32,000 nucleotides of DNA from Candidatus Baldrarchaeota archaeon (GTDB lineage Archaea; Asgardarchaeota; Baldrarchaeia; Baldrarchaeales; DXJG01). Where the stretch lies: positions 207,454 through 239,453 of the forward strand of contig DXJG01000009.1 in NCBI GenBank assembly GCA_019056805.1. The letters run 5' to 3'. Numbering within the stretch: position 1 is the stretch's first letter; each line of letters begins with the position of its first letter. The notes below the pieces were generated by a model. The model was not told the DNA's origin, did not search any database, and worked only from the letters and a program-made list of their open reading frames with translations. The position numbers and the translations under genes are program-made. Of the stretch, positions 1 to 7,503 are shown piece after piece.

Positions 1-389
1 TTCTCACCAATAGCTTCTTTATAACCCTTAAAATTAACAATAATAATTGGCAAATCTATTTTCATCATACCAAATCACCATACCGCCCATTATACATTAC
101 GCTATAACATGCTCAATCAATATAAGTTTACTCGAAAATACAAGCATTGGTACATTGCAACTTAACAATATCAAATTTTGCAATTCTTTTGCAATTCGTA
201 ATTCGAATATTTTTTGTTTCAACTGTAAAAAACAGAATATACCAAAATTATATTCAGAAATATCAAATTAGCATTATTTTACTAATACAAGATTATCTAA
301 AAGGTAACGCGTATAAAATTCGTGAAGATAACTTTTTAAAATTCTAAAACATTTGAATCACACAAAAAATATAGATAGGAGAGGAGAAA

Positions 390-1578
390 ATGACACAAAA
401 AACAACAGTTTCAATAATAAAGGCAGACATAGGTTCACTAGCAGGACACCATGTAGTACATCCAGAACTAATTGAACTTGCCAAAAAGGAACTCGAACAC
501 GCCAAAAAAGAAGGAATCATAAAAGACTACTACGTATTTAACTGTGGAGACGACCTACAACTACTAATGACGCACGACAAAGGAGAAGGAAATTCACAAG
601 TCCACGAACTTGCATGGAACACATTCAAAAAAGCAGCAGAAAAAGCAAGAGAAATGAAACTCTACGGCGCAGGGCAAGACTTACTAAAAGAAGCATTCTC
701 AGGAAACATACGAGGCATGGGACCAGGAGTAGCAGAACTAGAATTCGAAGAAAGAAAATCAGACCCAATCCTAGTATTCGCAGCAGATAAAACAGAACCA
801 GGAGCATTCAACCTACCACTATTCAAAGTATTCGCAGACCCCTTCAACACCCCAGGACTCGTAATAGACCCAAACATGCACGGACCAGACCTAGAACACA
901 CAGGATTCAAATTCAAAATACTTGACGTAATAGAAGGAAGAAGCGTAGTCTTAAAAGCACCAGAAGAAATCTACGACATTCTCGCATTAATAGGTACAAC
1001 AGGGCACTATGTAATCGAAAAAATATGGAGATACGACGATCTACCAGCAGCATCAGTATCCATAACAAGACTAAGCTTGATAGCAGGAAAATATGTGGGC
1101 AAACTAGCAGCTATAATGGCTGCTAGGCCTAAAGATGACCCAGTTGCTATCGTACGTGCGCAACACGGTCTTCCAGCCGTAGGCGAAGTACTCGAAGCTT
1201 TTTCATTTCCACACGCCGTCGCAGGTTGGATGCGTGGTAGCCACTACGGGCCCCTAATGCCTGTAGGATTAAAAGATGCTCGATGCACCAGATTCGACGG
1301 CCCCCCAAGAATCGTATGTCTAGGATTCCAAGTATGCAATGGCCATCTAATTGGTCCTTCAGATATGTTTGACGATCCAGCATTTGACAGAACCAGAATG
1401 CTTGCCAACGAAATTGCCGAATATTTCAGAAGACATGGACTCTTCATGCCCCACAGACTCGGTCCAGATGGGAGAAGAACAATAACAGAATTAAACATGT
1501 TCTTCTCCCAGGACTCACGAAATGGAATATACAACGCTACCTCAGGTGCTAGAGAAACTCAGAGAACGATTCAAGTAA
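390..1578 (+). CDS. fbp: Bifunctional fructose-1,6-bisphosphate aldolase/phosphatase (class V FBPase), interrupted by two introns: join(390..1102,1133..1467,1517..1578), 369 aa spliced
   Basis: Family motifs KADIGS, GDD, YGAGQDLL, DKTEPGAFN, GWMRGSH and RFDGPP are present. The raw 404-aa ORF has a 10-aa insert in YVGK/DDP and an aberrant C-terminus. The conserved tail EMEYTTLPQVLEKLRERFK* lies in another frame (1519-1578). Removing both introns gives 1110 nt = 370 codons. SD GGAGAGGAG lies upstream. Confidence 0.95.
1103..1132 (+). other. Putative BHB-type mRNA intron 1 (30 nt, in frame)
   Basis: Central helix GGGC(1097-1100)/GCCT(1127-1130), bulges AAA(1101-1103) and AAA(1131-1133), intron stem CTAGCAGC(1104-1111)/GCTGCTAG(1119-1126). 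Excision restores GGC AAA GAT GAC (G-K-D-D). The exon-side helix is weak, so this is a relaxed BHB. Confidence 0.88.
1468..1516 (+). other. Putative BHB-type mRNA intron 2 (49 nt, frameshifting)
   Basis: Exon helix TCG(1459-1461)/CGA(1518-1520), central helix GTCC(1462-1465)/GGAC(1511-1514), bulges AGA(1466-1468) and TCA(1515-1517), perfect 13-bp stem TGGGAGAAGAACA(1469-1481)/TGTTCTTCTCCCA(1498-1510). Cutting after the 2nd nt of each bulge yields CCA GAC GAA ATG GAA TAT (P-D-E-M-E-Y). Confidence 0.93.
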
Positions 1579-1582
1579 ACCA

Positions 1583-1598
1583 TTTTCCTTTTATTTTT
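1583..1598 (+). terminator. Probable oligo-T archaeal terminator after the spliced fbp stop
   Basis: TTTTCCTTTTATTTTT begins 5 nt after TAA 1576-1578. The unspliced ORF would read through it. Confidence 0.5.
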
Positions 1599-1668
1599 CA
1601 ATAACTTTACAATACTCTAATTTAATTTTTTATTTTCCCAAGATACTCAATTCCAGAAAAATATAAAT

Positions 1669-2730
1669 CTAAAAAATAGCATCGATGAGATTTAAAATAA
1701 ATGTAGGAGGAACAGTGAGATAAAAATAATTTTCGTTAAATACCGATTTAAATAAAATCTCTGATTCTAATAGTTCTTCTACACATTCATTAAGCATATA
1801 TTTTGCTATTTCGTCCCTTATTTCATCGCATAATAAATAATACAAATCTCTTAATTCTTTAAAAGATAAGTATGCCTTTTTAGGTCTTCTTGAGAGATGC
1901 AACGCCATTTTTTCCAGTAAAAGAACGCTTTGCATGTTCATATTTCTTAAAGCTTCCAATATCACAAGATCATCATTTAATATCCAAAGTAAGTCATGAG
2001 AACATTTTCTAACGTCTTCAACGGTTATTTCCATTCCAGAAGCCGCAAACGGATAAAGCCTTCTTAATATTTCAATAGATACACTCGGTCTATTAATGTC
2101 AAACTCGCAAACTAAATCCGTAATGTACCTAATCACATCTATATCAATTTCTATAGGAAACGCTAACTTTACACGTTGCAAAGTTATATCAAAAAGCTGA
2201 CGAGGCGTATAGATTCCAAGTTTCAAAATGAAATCTAAACGATTTTCTAAATTAGAGAAACTTTTTCTTGAAAGAGTTCCGGCATCAGCTGATGCTAAAA
2301 CAATTATATTCCTTTTTTTACTCTCTCTTAAAACTTTACGAAATAAACTGGAATACAGATCAACATCATCTAGCACTAATACTAGGAAAAGATCCTTATA
2401 CTTCTCATTACTTATACATTCAACTTCGTTTCCAATGAAAGAAAACTTTCTTCCACCTATAATATTATTTAAAAATTTCTTATTTTCAGAATCATGCATA
2501 TTGACAAAAACTTTAGGGAATCCATAAGCATCCTTTATTTTCTCCCCTAAATAGTTCACGAAAGCGGTTTTACCTATACCATTAATACCAGTAACCACAA
2601 TGTGCAAGGGGTATTGATGGCTTATTCCATCTTCTACGAATGTTTCTGCTACTTTGAGTTCCTTTTCCCTATGTAATAATTCTGGTGGGATAAAGAAAGG
2701 GTCAAAAATTGCAGCTGGGCCGATATTCAA
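1669..2730 (-). CDS. Divergent Cdc6/Orc1-family AAA+ ATPase
   Basis: N-terminal FDPFFIPPELLHREKEL, Walker A GINGIGKT, Walker B LVLDDVD, C-terminal winged-helix-like region. TTG start with GGTGA SD. Confidence 0.75.
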   Translation of the reverse strand: MNIGPAAIFDPFFIPPELLHREKELKVAETFVEDGISHQYPLHIVVTGINGIGKTAFVNYLGEKIKDAYGFPKVFVNMHDSENKKFLNNIIGGRKFSFIGNEVECISNEKYKDLFLVLVLDDVDLYSSLFRKVLRESKKRNIIVLASADAGTLSRKSFSNLENRLDFILKLGIYTPRQLFDITLQRVKLAFPIEIDIDVIRYITDLVCEFDINRPSVSIEILRRLYPFAASGMEITVEDVRKCSHDLLWILNDDLVILEALRNMNMQSVLLLEKMALHLSRRPKKAYLSFKELRDLYYLLCDEIRDEIAKYMLNECVEELLESEILFKSVFNENYFYLTVPPTFILNLIDAIF

Positions 2731-2873
2731 TTGACATCACCAATTTTATGTTTAAAGTGATGTATTTAAACTCCAATAAAATATTCATTTAAAAGTATAA
2801 ATAACAATTAGAGGGAGAGGTCATTGAAACTATCAACCTTTTTAAGAAGGAGTGAGTAAAAAATAATGGGGAG

Positions 2874-3458
2874 ATGCAAAACTTGATGAATGAGCCCACA
2901 GATGAAAAATTAAAACAAATATCGAAAATGTTAGATGAATTAGAAAGAAAAACAACCTTGGAGGCAATAGCTCTCGTTTCCAAAAGCGGTTTACGTGTAG
3001 CTTGTGCAACAAGTACAGTGGTAGATGCCGACTTATTTTCAGCTTCGGCAGCAGCCTTGATAAATATCGGAGAGAAAACAACACGAGAATTAGGACATGG
3101 AAACCTAAATGATGTAATATTAAGAGGTGAAAATGGTTTTACGATAGTTACAGAGGTAAATCCACAAATGATGCTCGTTGCTAGCTGTAAAGAAACACAT
3201 AAACTAGGGTACTATATGGCGTTACTCAAAAACTATACAAGACGTATAGCTCAAGCTCTTGAACTTCCCTCTATTGAAGAAAAGATCCCACAAGTCCTGG
3301 AAAAACCTTATGTTGAAGAACATCCTACTCCGCCAGCACCACCAAAACCATTAGAAACAAAGACTCCAGAACCAGAGGTTTTAGAAACAGAACCTGAAGA
3401 GAGAGATGAAGAAGAGGAAGCACTACTAGAGGCTCTAAGAGCACTAGAAGAGGAATAA
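2874..3458 (+). CDS. Roadblock/LC7 (MglB-like) domain protein with Pro/Glu-rich C-terminal tail
   Basis: ALVSKSGL...DADLFSASAAALINIGEKTTRELGHG..NDVILRGENGFTIV matches the roadblock pattern, followed by a low-complexity tail ending EEEEALLEALRALEEE. Confidence 0.8.
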   Translation: MQNLMNEPTDEKLKQISKMLDELERKTTLEAIALVSKSGLRVACATSTVVDADLFSASAAALINIGEKTTRELGHGNLNDVILRGENGFTIVTEVNPQMMLVASCKETHKLGYYMALLKNYTRRIAQALELPSIEEKIPQVLEKPYVEEHPTPPAPPKPLETKTPEPEVLETEPEERDEEEEALLEALRALEEE

Positions 3459-3459
3459 T

Positions 3460-4044
3460 ATGAGTAAAGTAATAGTCATCTCAGGTACGCCGGGAACGGG
3501 AAAGACTCTAGTATCCTCAATATTAGCTAAAAAAATTAATGGTCTACACGTTAATCTAAGTGAACTTGTGTTAAAAGAGAAATTGTATAAAGAAATTGAT
3601 AAAGAAAGAGAAACTGTTGTAGCAGATTTAAGAAAACTCGTCCCTCGCTTAATAGAGATAATTAAGTCCACTAATTCTCCAATAATAATTGAAGGACACT
3701 ACGCTGAAATTGTCCCAGAATCTTTTATCGATATAGTTATAATTTTAAGAACGCATCCCAAAGAACTCGAAAAAAGATTGAAAGAGAAAAAGTTCAAAGA
3801 AAGCAAAATCCGTGAAAATATACAAGCTGAAATTCTAGGAGTTTGTTCCTATAATGCGTTAAACACCTATAATAAAGAAAAAATCTATGAAATAGATACA
3901 ACTTCGAAAACACCAGACGAAACAGTAGAATTAATATTGAAAATCATAGAAGGAAAAGGGAATGAGTACAAAATAGGAAAGATAGACTGGTTGACAGTAC
4001 TAGAGAAAGAAGGAACTTTAAGCGAATTTTTCAGAGAAAGGTGA
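3460..4044 (+). CDS. AK6/Fap7-type adenylate kinase
   Basis: P-loop GTPGTGKT, IIEGHY, LRTHPKEL..RL, ENIQAEILG and EIDTT motifs. Confidence 0.9.
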   Translation: MSKVIVISGTPGTGKTLVSSILAKKINGLHVNLSELVLKEKLYKEIDKERETVVADLRKLVPRLIEIIKSTNSPIIIEGHYAEIVPESFIDIVIILRTHPKELEKRLKEKKFKESKIRENIQAEILGVCSYNALNTYNKEKIYEIDTTSKTPDETVELILKIIEGKGNEYKIGKIDWLTVLEKEGTLSEFFRER

Positions 4045-4667
4045 TGCCCATGAAAATAAATGTTAGTAAAAAGGGTATCAGAGTTCTAGGAATATCTGAA
4101 AGCTTCAAAAAAGGTATAAGCAAAAAATCTATCCTTGCAGGCATAGTTATGAGAGGAGACCTAATTATCGATGGATTCGCTATTACAACAATAACCGTTG
4201 GGGGTTTAGATGCCACACAAGGAGTCCTTAAACTTTACAACATGCTTGGAAGAAAAGACATAAATGTAATTATGCTAAACGGCGTGATAATTGCTTGGTA
4301 CAACGTTATAGACCTCGAAGAGCTTCATAAAAAAACAGGGGTACCTATAATTGCTGTTACCTACGAAGAATCGGAAGAAAAACTTGACAAATATTTTAAA
4401 GAAAATTTCCCCGAAGACTGGGAGAAAAGAGTGGAAATTTATAGGAGAAACGGTGAAAGGGAAAAAATATTATTAAAAACAGGATACACAGTCCTAGTAA
4501 GATACTTGGGTATGCGAAGAGACCAAGCAAAAGGACTACTTAATAAGTTCACAAGACAAGGGGCAATACCAGAACCACTCAGAGTCTCCAGACTACTAGC
4601 AAGGTCATTACTACAACATCCAATAAAACTTGACTTAATTCAAAACTTTAATAAAAATCAGTTATAA
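4041..4667 (+). CDS. DUF99 (endonuclease V-like fold) protein
   Basis: RVLGISESF, VGGLDAT, MLNGVIIAWYNVID and PEPLRVSRLLA motifs. Start overlaps the AK6 stop. Confidence 0.85.
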   Translation: MMPMKINVSKKGIRVLGISESFKKGISKKSILAGIVMRGDLIIDGFAITTITVGGLDATQGVLKLYNMLGRKDINVIMLNGVIIAWYNVIDLEELHKKTGVPIIAVTYEESEEKLDKYFKENFPEDWEKRVEIYRRNGEREKILLKTGYTVLVRYLGMRRDQAKGLLNKFTRQGAIPEPLRVSRLLARSLLQHPIKLDLIQNFNKNQL

Positions 4668-4805
4668 TGAGATAATTTTTTACTAATAATTTAACAAAAA
4701 ATCCTCTGCAAAATTATCAAAACTTTACCCCTTTTTTACCGAAAGATTTTTCTTATTATCATCGAAACCGATTTTTGGATATTAAGAATTTTACGGTGAC
4801 AAACA

Positions 4806-6551
4806 ATGCCACATCTAAAGAGGTTTAACGACGCTATAAGTAAGAAAATCCTTGCATTAAGCGTTACTGTAGGCATCGTAGCTGGATTAGGTTCAATAAT
4901 ATTCTATACACTATTACAGTTAATGTCTTCAATATTTTTAGAATATATTTGTGGTTTAACCATGCCTAAACCCTTTGGTGAACCCCCCCTCATAGAACTA
5001 CCCTTTGACGTTACTGGTTCACCAAGAAAATGGCTTCTAATTTTAATCCCCACTTTAGGAGGATTAATATCCGGATTAATTGTTTACACCTTAGCGCCTG
5101 AAGCTGAAGGCGATGGAACAGACGCAGTAATAGGAGTCATCCATAACCAAGGAGGAAAAATAAGAGGTAGAGTACCAATAATCAAAACCATCGCATCCGC
5201 CATAACTATAGGAACTGGAGGAAGCGCGGGAAGAGAGGGACCTATTTCCCAAATAGGAGCCGGATTTGGATCAGTAATAGCTCAACGTCTAAAACTTTCC
5301 CCAAAAGAAAGAGAATTACTAGTGATATGCGGCGCTGCTGGAGGCATAGCTAGTATTTTCAAATCTCCATTTGGAGGAGCCTTTTTTGGTATAGAAATGC
5401 TCTATAAGAGGGACTATGAAGTAGAAGCCTTTATACCAACCATAATATCTAGTTTTGTTGCATATAGCATTTTTGCATCAGTAACAGGCTGGCAACCAAT
5501 CTTCTTCGCTCCACCCTACACTTTTAATCCATTGGAACTACCATTCTTCGCCATACTAGGAATTATAGCTGGCCTACTAAGTATACTATATGTTAGAGTG
5601 TTCTACGACTTGAGAGATAAGCTCTTCAAAAAAATAAATGTTTCAAATCACATTAAACCAGCAATAGGGGGCTTTCTACTAGGATTAATGGCATTCTTCT
5701 TCCCCTACGTCTTAGGACCTGGATACGGATTAGCCCAACTAGCATTAGAAGGTAAATTAGCCATATCAATACTGTTAATTTTAATATTTGCTAAAATCGT
5801 AGCTACATCTTTAACTATAAATTCAGGAGGAAGTGGAGGAGTCTTCGGCCCTTCCGTAGTTATTGGAGCAGCACTCGGAGGCGTATTAGGTGGACTTTTC
5901 CATCTAATCTTTCCAACAATAATAGTTAAACCTGAAATATTTGCACTGATAGGAATGGGAGCATTTTTTGCTGGCTCAGCTAAAGTACCAATATCAGCAA
6001 TAATCATGGTATCAGAAATGACCGGAGACTACAACATCTTGATCCCAGCTATATTAGCATCGACAATGGCATACCTAGTTTCAGGAGACTACACAATATA
6101 TGAAAAACAAGTATTAACTCGAGCAGATTCACCAGCGCACATACCGGAACTCTTATCCGATATATTATCATCTCTAAAAGTTAAAGATGCTATGACGAAG
6201 AATGTAATTACCATAAAACCAAGTGCAACGATAGATGAACTTGAAAAACTAATAAATGAAACAGAACACTTAGGATTTCCAGTAGTAAATGAAAAGGGAG
6301 AGCTCGTAGGAATTGTAACATACGAGGACGTTATCAAAGTTAGACCCGAAGAAAGACCTAAAATGAGGGTAGAAGACATAGAAACCAAAAAATTAATAGT
6401 AGCATATCCAAATGAAAATCTAGATACAGTTCTCCGCAAAATAGTATTACATGATATATCAAGACTGCCTGTCGTCGATCCAAAGAACCCCAAGAAACTT
6501 CTCGGAATAATAACCAGATACGACATTGCAAAGGCAATACATGTTAAATAG
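4806..6551 (+). CDS. CLC-family chloride channel/transporter with C-terminal CBS pair
   Basis: GGSAGREGP, GAAGGIASIFKSPFGG, GGSGGVFGP and SEMTG motifs, many TM helices, and CBS domains (GFPVV, SRLPVVD). Confidence 0.93.
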   Translation: MPHLKRFNDAISKKILALSVTVGIVAGLGSIIFYTLLQLMSSIFLEYICGLTMPKPFGEPPLIELPFDVTGSPRKWLLILIPTLGGLISGLIVYTLAPEAEGDGTDAVIGVIHNQGGKIRGRVPIIKTIASAITIGTGGSAGREGPISQIGAGFGSVIAQRLKLSPKERELLVICGAAGGIASIFKSPFGGAFFGIEMLYKRDYEVEAFIPTIISSFVAYSIFASVTGWQPIFFAPPYTFNPLELPFFAILGIIAGLLSILYVRVFYDLRDKLFKKINVSNHIKPAIGGFLLGLMAFFFPYVLGPGYGLAQLALEGKLAISILLILIFAKIVATSLTINSGGSGGVFGPSVVIGAALGGVLGGLFHLIFPTIIVKPEIFALIGMGAFFAGSAKVPISAIIMVSEMTGDYNILIPAILASTMAYLVSGDYTIYEKQVLTRADSPAHIPELLSDILSSLKVKDAMTKNVITIKPSATIDELEKLINETEHLGFPVVNEKGELVGIVTYEDVIKVRPEERPKMRVEDIETKKLIVAYPNENLDTVLRKIVLHDISRLPVVDPKNPKKLLGIITRYDIAKAIHVK

Positions 6552-6574
6552 TTAAATTCTTTTCCCAAAAATCG

Positions 6575-7309
6575 CTATACAAGGCTTAAAAATATTAATA
6601 TAACAAAAACAAAGAACAACAAAGATAGTAAAGTCGAATACATCATAAATGTTTCAACACTAGTTTGAAACTGCATAAAATCTCTTTTAATTACCAAAAA
6701 GTCCTCAATGGTCTTCCTCAATCGCATTAATTCTTCTTTGAACTCCAATACGCCCGACATTCTTTCCATCAAATCATTAACTTTTACTTTTTCTTGTCTA
6801 ATTTCTGAAATTAATTTCATACCATCTTCCACAACTCTCCACATATCATCTACAGCAATATACCAATCCATTTCCTTATATTTCTCTCCAGTAACTCTAT
6901 ATATCTTCAAATCAATCTTTCTAAGGTTTTTTTCGCTAACATAAGATTTAGGATCAATAATTAAAGCAACAGCCTTATTAAATAAAGACTGATAAACTTT
7001 TTGAGTGTTTATATCCAAATTACTCATAAAATCTGCACCAAAACCTGGATGAGAATGCCACCAACCAACTATACTTTCTCCTTTTCCCTCTTTATCTAAT
7101 TTTTCAGCTATAATTGCCATATCAAGTGGATCTATTTCAACAAAGGTTTTAGAACCCCTGCTACGTGGAATTTCGACATCAACGATGTTTAGATGACCAT
7201 CTTCGATTTTTCCAATCAAAAAACCTCCAATTTCTCTATCTAACTTTCGAGAAGCTGTATCAATGATCTTAATTAATGCAATAGGTGAAATCTTAACTTT
7301 CGTCATCAA
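6575..7309 (-). CDS. Rpn11-like JAMM/MPN+ metalloprotease with coiled-coil and C-terminal transmembrane anchor
   Basis: REIGGFLIG and GWWHSHPGFG..FMSNLD (JAMM motif), then an amphipathic helical region and a hydrophobic terminal stretch (YSTLLSLLFFVFVILIFLSLV). Confidence 0.85.
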   Translation of the reverse strand: MMTKVKISPIALIKIIDTASRKLDREIGGFLIGKIEDGHLNIVDVEIPRSRGSKTFVEIDPLDMAIIAEKLDKEGKGESIVGWWHSHPGFGADFMSNLDINTQKVYQSLFNKAVALIIDPKSYVSEKNLRKIDLKIYRVTGEKYKEMDWYIAVDDMWRVVEDGMKLISEIRQEKVKVNDLMERMSGVLEFKEELMRLRKTIEDFLVIKRDFMQFQTSVETFMMYSTLLSLLFFVFVILIFLSLV

Positions 7310-7503
7310 CTTTCACCTACACCGCTTAAAGTATAATAACAACCTTTCCATGTAATTATCTAGTACTTTGTATTAATTTGTCTTTCCAAAATAAAGGAAA
7401 AAATTGACATTTCAGCATTAAATGTCCCCAAAAGATATAAGAATTAAATAATTTAAGTAAGTACCTAATCGTAAGGTAAGTTCTTTATAAGCGGGTGTGC
7501 GCA

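Noticed and set aside
47-347. Two short ORFs upstream of fbp
   Set aside because: AT-rich intergenic sequence with no SD or recognisable motifs. It lies between divergent promoters.
879-902. 6-aa insertion in Fbp (MH-GPDLEH-TGF) as a possible third intron
   Set aside because: No inverted repeat or BHB helix is visible and codon usage matches the exon, so it is probably a protein loop insertion.
390-1604. The 404-aa fbp ORF as given in the ORF track
   Set aside because: Its last ~45 aa are out of frame with the conserved C-terminus and cross a T-rich terminator. The spliced model ending at 1578 fits the family.
2750-2771. GTTTAAA-N8-TTTAAAC inverted repeat next to the cdc6-like gene as an origin or operator
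   Set aside because: It is explained by back-to-back TATA-like boxes of divergent genes. There are no ORB/G-string repeats.
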